The translations under genes and the position numbers were made by a program. DNA of 64,000 nucleotides from Spirochaetota bacterium. Lineage in GTDB: Bacteria; Spirochaetota; UBA4802; UBA5550. The stretch is taken from positions 1,120,001-1,184,000 of the forward strand of contig CAXXHB010000003.1 of assembly GCA_963664815.2 (NCBI GenBank). Direction: 5' to 3'. The first letter of the stretch is position 1, and the number at the start of each line of letters is the position of its first letter. The notes beneath the pieces were generated by a model. That model did not search any database. It was given only the letters and a program-made list of their open reading frames with translations, and was not told where the DNA came from. Shown here one piece after another: positions 49,064 to 60,308 of the stretch.

Positions 49064-49820
49064 AAAATATTTTTGTATTATTTTACTGTCGATTATATTC
49101 TTTCCGGTTTTTCTGTTTGCGCAGAATGTCGGCGGAGTAACAATGCCTATTCCGAAGATTGCTTTTGATATAACCCGGGCGACGGGACCGAAAGATGTAG
49201 CACTCAGTCTTCAGATACTTTTTCTGCTCTCAATACTCACTCTGGCTCCATCAATTATAATTATGACCACGGCGTTTACGCGGGTTGTGATAGTTCTTGA
49301 TTTTGTCAAGAGAGCGCTGTCTCTTCAGCAGATGCCTCCAAATCAGGTTATAGTCGGGCTTTCACTCTTTCTCACGTTTTTTATAATGGCTCCTACATTT
49401 ACAGAGATGAATGAGAAGGCGCTTCAGCCATACTTAAACGGTCAGATATCAAATCAGCAGTTTTTTGACAGGGGGATGTCACCTTTAAGAGATTTTATGC
49501 TCAGGCAGACCCGTGAGAAGGACATTGCGCTTTTTGTAAAGCTCTCTAAAATTGAAAAACCAAAAAACAGAAATGATATACCGACATACTGCCTTATTCC
49601 GGCTTTTATGATAAGTGAACTTAAGATTGCCTTCGAGATAGGTGTATTTCTTTTTATGCCGTTCATTGTGATTGATATGATAATTGCCAGTGTACTTATG
49701 GCTATGGGTATGATTATGCTGCCTCCTGTAATGATCTCCCTCCCGTTTAAACTTATTTTATTTATTCTTGTCGATGGCTGGAATCTTCTGATTTATGAAC
49801 TCGTGAGATCGTTCAGGTAA
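49044..49820 (+). CDS. fliP: Flagellar export protein FliP
   Basis: QQMPPNQV, PAFMISEL, MMLPP-like, FILVDGW. Confidence 0.97.
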   Translation: MAAMMNKKYFCIILLSIIFFPVFLFAQNVGGVTMPIPKIAFDITRATGPKDVALSLQILFLLSILTLAPSIIIMTTAFTRVVIVLDFVKRALSLQQMPPNQVIVGLSLFLTFFIMAPTFTEMNEKALQPYLNGQISNQQFFDRGMSPLRDFMLRQTREKDIALFVKLSKIEKPKNRNDIPTYCLIPAFMISELKIAFEIGVFLFMPFIVIDMIIASVLMAMGMIMLPPVMISLPFKLILFILVDGWNLLIYELVRSFR

Positions 49821-49833
49821 AGAGGAAAATTAA

Positions 49834-50106
49834 ATGACAGAGGTACTTGTAATAAAAATACTTAGAGAATCCCTGATGACGACACTTATTGTGTCGGCTC
49901 CTGTACTTGGCGTGGGGATGTTTGTCGGTCTGATTGTTTCAATTATACAGACTACAACGTCAATTCAGGAACAGACTCTTACATTTGTACCGAAAATGGT
50001 GGCGATATTTATTACTATTATTCTCTTCGGATCGTGGATGATTCGGGTTGTTATTAATTATACAAACAATATTTTCGCCTTAATTGAAAAAATTGGAATC
50101 AGGTGA
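49834..50106 (+). CDS. fliQ: Flagellar export protein FliQ
   Basis: QTTTSIQEQTLTFVPK. Confidence 0.97.
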   Translation: MTEVLVIKILRESLMTTLIVSAPVLGVGMFVGLIVSIIQTTTSIQEQTLTFVPKMVAIFITIILFGSWMIRVVINYTNNIFALIEKIGIR

Positions 50107-50117
50107 TAGAATAATTA

Positions 50118-50894
50118 ATGGAGTATTTTGTTAATCATTTTCAGGCTTTTTTTCTGATCCTGGTAAGAATAAATGCCATGATAATGATAGCCCCATTCTT
50201 TTCGAGTGGGGTTATTCCATTTAGAATGAAAGCTATACTGTCATTTTTTATTACTCTTGTTGTTTTTCCTGTTATTATTTCAACGATAAAAGTCCCGGGT
50301 AATATGGGGCACTATTATTTGCTTGTTCTTCAGGAAGCGGTGATAGGCATATATATAGGTTTCCTGGTTTCTATAATATTTTCATCTTTTCAGTTATCTG
50401 CACAGTATTATGCTGCGCAGATTGGTTTTGGAATAAATGAGGTTCTTGATCCGGTTGGACAGGTTTCAGTGCCGCTTATTGGACAGCTCAAAAACTTTGT
50501 AGGCTTAATCGTTTTTCTCTCTATTGACGGACATCATTTTTTAATAGAAGCAATATGCAGATCTTTCGAGCTTGCGCCGGCTTTTGGTGTCGGAAGAACC
50601 GCAACAGGCGGTTTCCTTAAATATCTTGTTTATTCATTCAGCGGTATGTTTATTGTGGCATTAAAGATATCTCTTCCCATAGTGGCAACTGCCTTTCTGA
50701 TTTCAGTGAGTATGGGAATACTGGCCAAGGCTGCCCCGCAGATGAATATTATGATGTTTGGTTTCCCTTTTCAGATTGTGGGGGGATTCGGTTTACTGAT
50801 GCTTACATCACCTCTTATTATAAGAATAATGCAGGTTGCCATTGAAAGAAGTTTCAAACTTCTTACCGGTATTATGCTTCACTGGCCGGCTTAG
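50118..50894 (+). CDS. fliR: Flagellar export protein FliR
   Basis: QIGFG, DGHH, KAAPQMNI. Confidence 0.96.
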   Translation: MEYFVNHFQAFFLILVRINAMIMIAPFFSSGVIPFRMKAILSFFITLVVFPVIISTIKVPGNMGHYYLLVLQEAVIGIYIGFLVSIIFSSFQLSAQYYAAQIGFGINEVLDPVGQVSVPLIGQLKNFVGLIVFLSIDGHHFLIEAICRSFELAPAFGVGRTATGGFLKYLVYSFSGMFIVALKISLPIVATAFLISVSMGILAKAAPQMNIMMFGFPFQIVGGFGLLMLTSPLIIRIMQVAIERSFKLLTGIMLHWPA

Positions 50895-50901
50895 GGGGAT
50901 T

Positions 50902-52059
50902 ATGCCTGAATTTTTAAAAAAATATTACCCTGATACTGTCAGTCTGGATGTAAATTTCAGATTTGATCTTCAGTTATTTGCCGCAGAGGATGAGGGAAGA
51001 ACTGAGGAGCCGACAGAAAAAAAGATACGCGAAGCCAGAGAGAAAGGGCAGGTTGTCAAGACGCAGGAACTTCCTCAGGCTATTGTTGTTATAGCAGGAT
51101 GCATGGTGTTGTTTATTTTCAGTTCATGGATGTATGATTCAATGGCGGCAATTACTAAACATTATTTAACCTCTTTTGCCGGAAAAACCATCACGAAGAG
51201 ATGGCTGGAAATTGAAATGCTTAAGCTTATATTTGAGTGTGGTAAGCTTCTTTTCCCTGTATTCCTTGCTACAAATATCGGCGCAATAATCGGAGAAGTA
51301 TCTCAGGTGGGGTTTCAGATATCGACTCATCCATTAAAACTTGATTGGAGTAAAATGAAACTGGATCCGGCATCGATCATGAAAAAAATATTTTTTTCAA
51401 AACAGATTGCTGCAAACCTTGCTAAATCAATAGTTAAAATTATCTGTATTGGTTTTATTGCCTATATGATTATTCAGGGTGATTTTGATGAAATATTAAA
51501 ATCACCGGATATATCGATAGCGCTTGCTCTGAAAAATGTTCTCTATACAGGTTTTAAAATTATTATCTGGAGTTCTGTTTTTCTTATGGCACTTTCTGTT
51601 CCGGATTATTTTTTTCAGAAGAGTGAATTCGTTGAATCCTTAAAAATGAGCAAACAGGAAATGAAGGAAGAGTTAAAGGAAACCATGGGTGATCCGCATA
51701 TCAGGGCAAGAATGCGTGAGATGCAGCGTGAGATCGTAATGAAAAATATGATAAGGGAAGTACCGAAAGCTGATGTTGTTGTAACAAATCCGACACATTA
51801 TGCTGTTGCACTTCAATATGACAGAGATACCATGGATGCCCCATCTGTTATAGCCAAAGGAGTTGACAGTATGGCCCTGAAAATAAGGGAAGTTGCAAAG
51901 GAAAACAATGTAGAGCTTATCGAGAACAGACCCCTTGCCCGTGAACTTTATAATCGTCTTGAAGTAGGTGATATGATTCCGGAAGATCTTTTTCGTGCCG
52001 TATCATTTGTCTATGCTGAACTTTATAAAAGGGAGAACAGGTTTAAAAGAGCAATATGA
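50902..52059 (+). CDS. flhB: Flagellar export switch protein FlhB
   Basis: RTEEPT..K, GDP, NPTH autocleavage motif; ATG 50902 follows GGGGGA. Confidence 0.97.
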   Translation: MPEFLKKYYPDTVSLDVNFRFDLQLFAAEDEGRTEEPTEKKIREAREKGQVVKTQELPQAIVVIAGCMVLFIFSSWMYDSMAAITKHYLTSFAGKTITKRWLEIEMLKLIFECGKLLFPVFLATNIGAIIGEVSQVGFQISTHPLKLDWSKMKLDPASIMKKIFFSKQIAANLAKSIVKIICIGFIAYMIIQGDFDEILKSPDISIALALKNVLYTGFKIIIWSSVFLMALSVPDYFFQKSEFVESLKMSKQEMKEELKETMGDPHIRARMREMQREIVMKNMIREVPKADVVVTNPTHYAVALQYDRDTMDAPSVIAKGVDSMALKIREVAKENNVELIENRPLARELYNRLEVGDMIPEDLFRAVSFVYAELYKRENRFKRAI

Positions 52060-52074
52060 TAAGGAGTTTAATCA

Positions 52075-54174
52075 ATGGCTGATCTGAAATTATCTTTAAC
52101 TCCGGGAAACAGGGAATGGATGCAGAAAAGCGATATTCTTGTCGGCATTGGTGTAATTGCTATTGTAGTAATGCTCATTATCCCTCTTCCTACCTTTTTA
52201 CTCGATTTTCTTATAGCGGTAAGCCTTATGCTCGGGCTGCTTATTCTTATGATAGTAATGTTTGTTCATAGATCTTTCGATTTTTCAATATTTCCATCTC
52301 TGATTCTTATTACAACAGTTTACAGGCTTGCACTTAATGTTTCGTCGACAAGACTGATATTACTGGAAGGTGCAGCTTTTGACGGAAAGATTATAAGAAC
52401 ATTTGGCCAATTTGTTGTCGGGGGAAATTATGTAGTCGGATTTATTATATTTATAATTCTGGTTGCGGTACAGTTTATCGTAATTACAAAGGGCGCTACC
52501 AGAACAGCAGAAGTTGCAGCAAGATTTACACTGGATGCAATGCCAGGAAAGCAGATGAGTATAGACTCTGACCTTTCAAATGGTCTGATAACGGAAGAAG
52601 CTGCAAAGATCAGAAGAGAGGAGATACGGAAAGAGGCTGATTTTTATGGAGCGATGGATGGAGCTTCAAAATTTGTATCCGGGGATGTAAAAGTCGGAAT
52701 TATTATTACATGTATAAATCTTATAGGTGGATTTATTATAGGTATGGTTCAGAGGGGCGAGTCTTTTGAGGTTGCCTTAAGAACTTATAGTCTGTTAAGC
52801 ATAGGTGACGGCCTTGTAGCCCAGATCCCGTCACTACTGACAACTACTGCAACAGGTATTATTGTGACCAGGGCAGTATCTAATGAAAACTTCGGTGACC
52901 AGATAGCTGATCAGATGACTTCACAGCCGAGAGCGCTTTATATTACCGCTGGAGCACTTGGTGCAGCCGTTCTTATACCGGGATTTCCGAAAATATCCCT
53001 GCTGATACTCTCAGCAGGGATTGCAACTCTCGGTTATCTGCTTACTCAATCCCGTGAAGAGGAGAGAGAACACCGTGAAACTGAAGCCAAACAGCTTGCT
53101 GTAAAGGATAATAAACCGGAATCGGTTCTTCCGCTTATACAGATTGATCCTCTCGAAGTTGAGATTGGATATAATCTTATACCGCTGGTTGATCCTGAAC
53201 AGGGTGGAACACTTCTTGACCGGATTACAAATATCAGGAGAAGAAGCGCCCTGGATATGGGACTTATTGTCCCTCCGATCAGAATCAGAGATAACATGGA
53301 ACTTGAACCTGAAATGTATTCAATTTTGATAAAAGGAGTTGAAGTGGGGAGAGGAGTTCTACAGGTCGGGAAACTCATGTCTATGGATTCGGGCGATATT
53401 AAAGAAAAAATTGACGGTGTTGAGTTCATCGAACCTGTTTTCAACTTGAATGCAATCTGGATAGACCCGGAAAGCAGGGATATTGCCGAGAGCAGAGGTT
53501 ATACGGTAGTTGATTGTCCGACAATAGTTGCGACTCACCTTACTGAAATAATCAAACGTCATGCTGATGAGATACTCGGCCGTGAAGAGGTTAAAAAGCT
53601 TATCGATAATATACGTGGAGATTATCCTGCGGTTGTTAAAGAGATTGAAGAGAAGATGTCATATGGCGAGATGCAGAAAGTATTGCAGAATCTTCTGAGG
53701 GAACGTGTTTCAATTCGCAACATGGTTACAATACTAGAAACACTTGCAACATATTATGAATACACAAAGGATACAGGGCTGCTTACTGAATATGTAAGGT
53801 CTGCCCTTGCACGTCAGATTACCGGAGCCTATACAGCTGAAGATAATGTACTGTCAGTTATCACTATTGATCCGGAGATCGAAGGTGTTATCAGGGATTC
53901 GATTCATGAGGACCGGATCGAGGGAAAAGTTCTTGGACTGGATCCGGATACACATCGTGTAATAGTAAACACGCTTCTTGATGCTTACCAGAGAGCGGGT
54001 AAAATGGGGTATGCACCGATATACCTTGTTTCTCCCCAGATCAGAAGCGTTACTTTTGTGCTTCTTGAACGAGAGGTTCCGGCACCCGTTGTGTTTGCTT
54101 ATAATGAGATAACAAAAAATATAAAAGTCAATGTAGTCGTTTCAGCGCTTCTGCCTGCGGGAATGCAGGTTTGA
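52075..54174 (+). CDS. flhA: Flagellar export protein FlhA
   Basis: [31 protein letters not shown]. Confidence 0.98.
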   Translation: MADLKLSLTPGNREWMQKSDILVGIGVIAIVVMLIIPLPTFLLDFLIAVSLMLGLLILMIVMFVHRSFDFSIFPSLILITTVYRLALNVSSTRLILLEGAAFDGKIIRTFGQFVVGGNYVVGFIIFIILVAVQFIVITKGATRTAEVAARFTLDAMPGKQMSIDSDLSNGLITEEAAKIRREEIRKEADFYGAMDGASKFVSGDVKVGIIITCINLIGGFIIGMVQRGESFEVALRTYSLLSIGDGLVAQIPSLLTTTATGIIVTRAVSNENFGDQIADQMTSQPRALYITAGALGAAVLIPGFPKISLLILSAGIATLGYLLTQSREEEREHRETEAKQLAVKDNKPESVLPLIQIDPLEVEIGYNLIPLVDPEQGGTLLDRITNIRRRSALDMGLIVPPIRIRDNMELEPEMYSILIKGVEVGRGVLQVGKLMSMDSGDIKEKIDGVEFIEPVFNLNAIWIDPESRDIAESRGYTVVDCPTIVATHLTEIIKRHADEILGREEVKKLIDNIRGDYPAVVKEIEEKMSYGEMQKVLQNLLRERVSIRNMVTILETLATYYEYTKDTGLLTEYVRSALARQITGAYTAEDNVLSVITIDPEIEGVIRDSIHEDRIEGKVLGLDPDTHRVIVNTLLDAYQRAGKMGYAPIYLVSPQIRSVTFVLLEREVPAPVVFAYNEITKNIKVNVVVSALLPAGMQV

Positions 54175-54238
54175 AATAAAGATTGGTCGCAATAATCAGT
54201 GTGTAAAATGACAATTAAAAAGATTTCAGGAGAGTAAC

Positions 54239-55603
54239 ATGAAATATCTTAAAATAACTGCAGACAGCTATAATGAAGCGATGAAAAAGCTACGCACGGA
54301 GCATGGTGATGAAGCAATACCGATCAGTCATAAATATGTAAAGCAGGGCGGTTTTTTTAATTCAAAAGTATTTGCTAAAGAGGTTGTTGAACTCACTGCT
54401 GCTGTAAAGGAGAGAAAACCTTTTCAGAACCCGGTTCCCAAGAAAAGTACTATTGATTTTATTGTAGATGATAAAAAAGAGCCTGTTCAGCTGGGGAAGG
54501 TACAGGAAATTCTGGACAGGGCATCTTCAGTTAAGGATGATTATAATGTTGAATCAATTAACAAGTCTATAGATGCGGCCAATGATAATCTGAATAGTTT
54601 TAAACAACCAGTACTTCATTCTGATTTTCAGGATTTTTCCGTTAAAAAAGAGAAAAATCATGTGAGAATTGCTGAAATTCAGGAAACAGCCAATAACAGA
54701 AATGAAATTGATAAAGTTGTATCCACTAATATTGAACGTGAAGTAAATGATATAAAAACAGCGTTGAACAAATTGCTTGAAGGACAGAAGATTACAACCG
54801 GATTGTGTGACGAGGATCAGTGTTTCGTTCCATTCAGGGAGATATTGAGAGCTAATGATTTTGAACCTGAAGAATGCGAGATAATGATTAAAGATATTAA
54901 AAATACTATCAGTAAAGAAGATCAGAAGGATATGTATAAGATTGAAAAAAGCTTGAAAGATCTTATAAAAAACCGGATTGTAACTGTAGGTCCTATTAAA
55001 AAGGGAAATAAAAAGAAAATTGTAATGTTTATAGGACCTACGGGAGTCGGGAAAACAACTACAATGGCAAAGCTCGGAGCTATAAACTCCCTCAGAGAAG
55101 GTAAAAAAGTATCATTTATAACTATTGATAATTATAGAATTGCAGCTACTGAACAGTTAAAAAAATATGCTGAAATTATGAGGATACCAATACATGTTAT
55201 AAGCGATCAGAGACATTTTAAAGATGTGATATCAAAGGAAAAATCTGATATTATCATGGTAGACACGTCAGGACGGAGTCATAATAATGAACTTAAGATT
55301 TCAGAAATTAAAAGCTTTGCAGATAATGTTGAATATGATTTAGAAAAAATATTGTGTGTCAGCGCAAACACAAAAAAGGGTGATTTGAAAGAGATTTTCA
55401 AAGCATTTGATGTAATGAAGTTTGATAGTGTAATAATTACAAAAGTAGATGAAACTTCTTTTATCGGGAATGTAATAGATATTGCCGATAAATATAATAA
55501 GCCTATATCATATTTTACGGATGGGCAGGAAGTTCCAAATGATATTCATATAGCAAACTCTGATGAAATAGTTGATATGATTATACGGAATTCCGCTAAA
55601 TAA
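54239..55603 (+). CDS. flhF: SRP-type GTPase FlhF
   Basis: GPTGVGKTTT, DNYRIAA.EQL, DTSGR, TKVDE, GQEVP. Confidence 0.96.
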   Translation: MKYLKITADSYNEAMKKLRTEHGDEAIPISHKYVKQGGFFNSKVFAKEVVELTAAVKERKPFQNPVPKKSTIDFIVDDKKEPVQLGKVQEILDRASSVKDDYNVESINKSIDAANDNLNSFKQPVLHSDFQDFSVKKEKNHVRIAEIQETANNRNEIDKVVSTNIEREVNDIKTALNKLLEGQKITTGLCDEDQCFVPFREILRANDFEPEECEIMIKDIKNTISKEDQKDMYKIEKSLKDLIKNRIVTVGPIKKGNKKKIVMFIGPTGVGKTTTMAKLGAINSLREGKKVSFITIDNYRIAATEQLKKYAEIMRIPIHVISDQRHFKDVISKEKSDIIMVDTSGRSHNNELKISEIKSFADNVEYDLEKILCVSANTKKGDLKEIFKAFDVMKFDSVIITKVDETSFIGNVIDIADKYNKPISYFTDGQEVPNDIHIANSDEIVDMIIRNSAK

Positions 55604-55620
55604 ATTCCAGGAGGTTTCAC

Positions 55621-56496
55621 TTGGATCAGGCAGCAAATTTAAGAAGGCTGGTTCTTGAGAAAAAAACCGATACCACATCAGCTACCCGCACTATTGTAAT
55701 AACAAGTGGTAAGGGTGGAGTGGGTAAAACCAGCCTGTCTGTGAGTCTTGCTATTGCAATTGCTCAGGATGGTAAATCTGTCACTCTCCTTGATGCGGAT
55801 CTGGGACTGGCCAATATCAATGTTATACTTGGTATTATACCTAAATACAATCTTTACCATGTAATAAAGGGTAAAAAAAAGCTGAAAGATATAATCATTG
55901 AAGTTCCGGAAGGTATAAAAATTATTGCAGGTGCTTCAGGTTTCCAGCAGCTTGCGAATCTTGATGTAAAACAGAGGGATGAATTTATCAATTCAATTGC
56001 AGAGCTCGCTAACGATGATTTTCTGATCGTAGATACCGGAGCAGGTATATCTCAGAATGTTCTCAGCTTTGTTATGGCAGCAGATGAGGTTATTGTTGTT
56101 ACAACACCTGAACCGACTGCGATTACAGATGCCTATGGCATAATAAAGGCAATTGCATCTCAATCCAATGAAAAACATATCAAACTGATAGTAAACCGGG
56201 CACAATCAGTTTCGGAGGGTAAGAGAGTAGCGCAAAGGGTTATTAATATTGCGGGTCAGTTTTTAAATATTAAAGTTGAAGAGCTTGGATTTGTTTATGA
56301 AGATATGTATGTTCCTAAATCTGTACGTAACCAGAAGCCGTTCATTGTCAGTTATCCAAACTGCAAAGCATCAGGTTGTGTAAAAATTATAGCTGACAGG
56401 ATTAATAATAAGCAGGTTGAGTTTGAAAAAGGTTCAGGGATAGCATCTTTTATAAAAAATCTGATTGGTCAATCCAATTTAGAAAGTGAAGAGTAG
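55621..56496 (+). CDS. flhG: MinD-like ATPase FlhG/FleN
   Basis: DQAANLR, SGKGGVGKT, DADLGLAN, PEPTAITDAY. Confidence 0.96.
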   Translation: MDQAANLRRLVLEKKTDTTSATRTIVITSGKGGVGKTSLSVSLAIAIAQDGKSVTLLDADLGLANINVILGIIPKYNLYHVIKGKKKLKDIIIEVPEGIKIIAGASGFQQLANLDVKQRDEFINSIAELANDDFLIVDTGAGISQNVLSFVMAADEVIVVTTPEPTAITDAYGIIKAIASQSNEKHIKLIVNRAQSVSEGKRVAQRVINIAGQFLNIKVEELGFVYEDMYVPKSVRNQKPFIVSYPNCKASGCVKIIADRINNKQVEFEKGSGIASFIKNLIGQSNLESEE

Positions 56497-56565
56497 AAAA
56501 AGGCTTGATTTGTTTATTACTATGGATACTTTATATATTGGAAAAATGAATTCCGGGTTGAAAAG

Positions 56566-57075
56566 ATGATACAGGTTGGTGAATTGGGATTAGAAATAAA
56601 ATGCGGGATATTCTTTTCCATTATCGCTTTTATTCTATCGATACTTACCGGACTAATAGCAAGTGTTCCACTGGAAAGGATTTTACTGAGGGTATTATTA
56701 ATGGTCCCGGTTTTCTTTGTAGTCGGATTGGGGCTGGTTCAGGTCCTGAAAAAATATGTTCCTGAGGTGTATGAGGTAGTCTTAAATCCTAAAGCAGCAT
56801 CTGAAGATTCATCTGTTGATATAGAGATTTCACCCGATATTTCTGAAAATGCAATTAGTGAAAGTACAGAAAAATCCGATTCAGGGTTTTCTGAGTTTAC
56901 AGAAAAAGATTATGACAGATTGCAGTCAGTCAGGGATTCCAGTCTTGATAATACACTTAATGCATCGAACGGGAAGCTCGGCAAGCATATAATTGTTGAA
57001 AATCAGTTTAACGAATATGAGCCGAAACTGATGGCTCAGGCAATAAGAACAATGATGAGTAAAGATAAAGATTAA
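56566..57075 (+). CDS. Hypothetical 2-TM protein between flhG and fliA
   Basis: Two N-terminal TMs, acidic linker, C-terminal PKLMAQAIRTMM. Confidence 0.7.
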   Translation: MIQVGELGLEIKCGIFFSIIAFILSILTGLIASVPLERILLRVLLMVPVFFVVGLGLVQVLKKYVPEVYEVVLNPKAASEDSSVDIEISPDISENAISESTEKSDSGFSEFTEKDYDRLQSVRDSSLDNTLNASNGKLGKHIIVENQFNEYEPKLMAQAIRTMMSKDKD

Positions 57076-57087
57076 TTTTCCGGGAAT

Positions 57088-57894
57088 GTGTATATGGATA
57101 ATAAAAAGTATAAAGAGTATGATGCACAGGACGAGGACAAACTCTGGGAGAAGTTTACTAAAAGCAATGACCAGATGATAAGAGATTTCTTCGTGCTTAA
57201 ATATGCACCGTTGGTAAAATACGTTGCCGGTAAAGTTTCAATGGGGATGCCTCAGAATATTGAATTTGATGATCTGGTATCATATGGTATTTTTGGATTA
57301 CTTGATGCTATTACGAAATTTGATCCAAACAGGGGTATAAAATTTAAAACTTATGCAATGACGAGAATAAGAGGGGCTATATTTGATGAATTGAGATCAA
57401 TTGACTGGATACCACGCTCTATACGACAAAAAGCCAAGCAGATTGAACTCATTATATCGGAATTGGAAAACAAACTTGGGAGAACTGTTGAAGATGATGA
57501 AATAGCACGGGAAATGGGTGTAAGCAATGAAGAGTTCCAGACACTGTTAAATAAATTAAGTGGTACATCGATGCTGTCGCTTAATGATATATGGTATCTT
57601 GGTGATGATAATGACGAATTATCTATTCTTGAAACTCTGGAAGCTCCGGAGAATATGAATCCCGATGTGCTTGTTGAGAAAGAAGAGATAAAGGATTATA
57701 TAATAGACGCTATTAGAAAACTTCCTGATAAGGAAAAAAAGGTAATTGTGCTTTATTACTATGAAGACCTTACTCTAAAGGAAATTGGTGAGGTCCTTGA
57801 AGTAACCGAAAGCCGGGTTTCACAGCTTCATACAAAAGCGATAATGAGGCTGCGGGGAAGACTTGGAAGAATTAAATCAAATATAGTCGGTTAA
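57088..57894 (+). CDS. fliA: Sigma-28 factor FliA/WhiG
   Basis: [45 protein letters not shown]. Confidence 0.97.
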   Translation: MYMDNKKYKEYDAQDEDKLWEKFTKSNDQMIRDFFVLKYAPLVKYVAGKVSMGMPQNIEFDDLVSYGIFGLLDAITKFDPNRGIKFKTYAMTRIRGAIFDELRSIDWIPRSIRQKAKQIELIISELENKLGRTVEDDEIAREMGVSNEEFQTLLNKLSGTSMLSLNDIWYLGDDNDELSILETLEAPENMNPDVLVEKEEIKDYIIDAIRKLPDKEKKVIVLYYYEDLTLKEIGEVLEVTESRVSQLHTKAIMRLRGRLGRIKSNIVG

Positions 57895-57895
57895 T

Positions 57896-59881
57896 ATGGC
57901 GAGTCTGAAAGATCTTTTTTTGGAAATAGATGAATCAAGCTCAGTTAATTATGAAGATGATTCAATTGAGGTTTATGCTGATTCAGTAAAGCAGGCGCTT
58001 GAAATTGCATCTGGTGAATTGAATCTGGATATTTCTCATCTTGACTATGAAGTAGTCGAAAAAGGGACAAAGGGTTTATTCGGTTTCGGTAGACTTCCAT
58101 ATCGTGTGATAATTACGCCATTAAAAATGAGTGAAGAGCATGATGATGTTGATGAAATCGAGATGAAACTGACAGGAACATATACTCCTGGAATTAACGT
58201 TGATGATAATAAAGATGTTGATGGAACATTTTCTGTAAGAGTATCCAAAACCGGTATATGGCTTAAAGTAACAAAAGCTAAAGGAAAGGGGATGCCAGTA
58301 GCTGTTGAAGCTGTAGAAAATAAATGTTATGGACTTCGTCTGGGGAATTTTGACAGAGCTGCAGTAGCAAAGTCTGTTAAAAAAGCAGATGGTGAAAGAG
58401 TTAAAATAGGTGAGTGGCTTCCAAATCCGACTTATGATTCCACGATGCGGATTGAAGTTACAGAGGATGAGTTGAAAGCATTTGTTTACTTCAATCCTCC
58501 CAAGTTTTCCGGGCGACATATGGATCTTGATGATATCATTGATGGCTTGCGGAATGCTGGTGTTGTAACTGGAATAAAGGAAGATGTCATAAAAGAATAT
58601 CTTGAAGAAATGGATTATAGAAAACCACTTATTGCTGCTGAGGGACAAAAACAGAGAGATGGAAGTAATGCTTACGTTGATTATAAAGTAAAAATAGATA
58701 AATCTACAATAAAATTTGAGGAAGATGATGCCGGGAAAGTGGATTTTCGTAATCTTGAACTGCTGGAAAACGTTGTAGTCGGGCAGCTTCTTGCTGTTAA
58801 GGTGCCGGCAGAGGAGGGTATACCGGGAAGGACTGTAACAAACAGGGTTTTACCCGCTAAATCCGGGAAGGATACAACAATCAAGTTTGGTAAAGGAACT
58901 ATTCTTTCAGAGGATGAAACTGAATTGACCGCTGAAATAAACGGGCAGGTTGTATACAAAATGGGTCGAATTTCTGTTGAGCCGATATTTATTGTACCCG
59001 GTGATGTTTCACTTGAATCTGGAAATATAGTTTTTCTTGGATCAGTAATAGTTCAGGGGAGCGTGCTTGACAACTTTGAAGTAAAAGCTGCCGGAAATGT
59101 TGAAGTAAAAGGAACTGTCCAGAAGGCCTTCATTGAAGCAGAAGGCGACATTATTGTGCATCAGGGAATTTCAGGTAAAGATGGAGCCAAGGTTGAATCA
59201 ACGGGAGGTTCGATATTTGCAAAATTCGCTCAGAATGCAAATATAGTAGCTGAAAGAAGTGTTGTCATTCCTGAAGGAATACTTCATTGCAAGGTTGATG
59301 CCGGTGAAAAAATATATTCAATAGGCAGAAGAGCAAAAATTGCTGGGGGCATCATACGTGCCGGTGATGAAGTTAATGCGGGATATCTTGGAGCAGAGGG
59401 TTCAACCAGAACTATTATAAGAGTTGGAGTTAATCCAAAGATGCTGCAGCAGATTGATGATCTTATGGATGCTAAAAAGCTGCTTGAAGATGAATTGACA
59501 ACTCTAAGGCTTGATCTTAAAACTTTAAATACGCAGAAGCGGAATGCCGGAGGAAAGATTTCTGAAGAAAAAGAAAAGATGCTTGAGGATCTGACTGCCC
59601 GTGAAGAAAAGCAGTCTGCCAGATTTACAGAGGTTTCCGGTGAACTGGAAGAACTCAGCGAATATATGAACATGCTGGAACACAAGGGTAAAGTTTGCGC
59701 TGATAAAATTGCATATCCTGGCGTTGAGATTTATATTAAAGATAAAGATTTTAAAATACGTGATAATTATAATCATGTTAAAGTATCGTTGCAGGGGGAT
59801 GAAATAGACATTTCAGATTATGATCCGCCTGAATTCATTGAAGGGAGCCAGAGGATAACAACTGTAGTCAGAAGAAGGTGA
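57896..59881 (+). CDS. FapA/DUF342 family protein with N-terminal Jag_N-like domain
   Basis: N-terminal YEVVEKGTKGLFGFG (Jag_N); VDFRNL, GNIVFLGSV beta-helix repeats, coiled coil, YPGV. Confidence 0.88.
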   Translation: MASLKDLFLEIDESSSVNYEDDSIEVYADSVKQALEIASGELNLDISHLDYEVVEKGTKGLFGFGRLPYRVIITPLKMSEEHDDVDEIEMKLTGTYTPGINVDDNKDVDGTFSVRVSKTGIWLKVTKAKGKGMPVAVEAVENKCYGLRLGNFDRAAVAKSVKKADGERVKIGEWLPNPTYDSTMRIEVTEDELKAFVYFNPPKFSGRHMDLDDIIDGLRNAGVVTGIKEDVIKEYLEEMDYRKPLIAAEGQKQRDGSNAYVDYKVKIDKSTIKFEEDDAGKVDFRNLELLENVVVGQLLAVKVPAEEGIPGRTVTNRVLPAKSGKDTTIKFGKGTILSEDETELTAEINGQVVYKMGRISVEPIFIVPGDVSLESGNIVFLGSVIVQGSVLDNFEVKAAGNVEVKGTVQKAFIEAEGDIIVHQGISGKDGAKVESTGGSIFAKFAQNANIVAERSVVIPEGILHCKVDAGEKIYSIGRRAKIAGGIIRAGDEVNAGYLGAEGSTRTIIRVGVNPKMLQQIDDLMDAKKLLEDELTTLRLDLKTLNTQKRNAGGKISEEKEKMLEDLTAREEKQSARFTEVSGELEELSEYMNMLEHKGKVCADKIAYPGVEIYIKDKDFKIRDNYNHVKVSLQGDEIDISDYDPPEFIEGSQRITTVVRRR

Positions 59882-59890
59882 AATTATTGT

Positions 59891-60211
59891 ATGACAATTA
59901 AACCAATAGATCTTCAGACAAATATTGGTCAGATGACTGAGGTTGGAAAACATGAACATGCACGTCAGGGATCACTTGCGGCGCAGCAGCAGGTGCTTGA
60001 TAAGGAAGCTAATGAGAAATCAATTTTAAAAAACACAAGACTTGACGAGTCTGAAAAAGGTGAAAAAACATCTATCAAGGATGAATATAAACAGAGCGAA
60101 AGGCATGGCACTGCATCTGAAGGTGAACAGGAAAAAAAGAAGCAGGAAGAGAAAAGTTCTGAGAAAATGAAAGATGATAAAATGGGCAGGATAATAGATA
60201 TATTTAAATAG
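59891..60211 (+). CDS. Hypothetical flagellar-operon protein
   Basis: MTIKPIDLQ...GRIIDIFK; charged low-complexity middle. Confidence 0.75.
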   Translation: MTIKPIDLQTNIGQMTEVGKHEHARQGSLAAQQQVLDKEANEKSILKNTRLDESEKGEKTSIKDEYKQSERHGTASEGEQEKKKQEEKSSEKMKDDKMGRIIDIFK

Positions 60212-60308
60212 GAACTTATTGCTGCTTTCATGTTATGAAATGATTGTGTCTGAAATTTTATGTTAACGACATCCTGAAGTTTAAATGTTAATGTGACATA
60301 ACGGGGTA

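Noticed and set aside
55484-55491. GCCGATAA inside flhF as an internal sigma-28 promoter
   Set aside because: No TAAA/TCAA-like -35 at 15-16 bp; explained by the codons for A-D-K.
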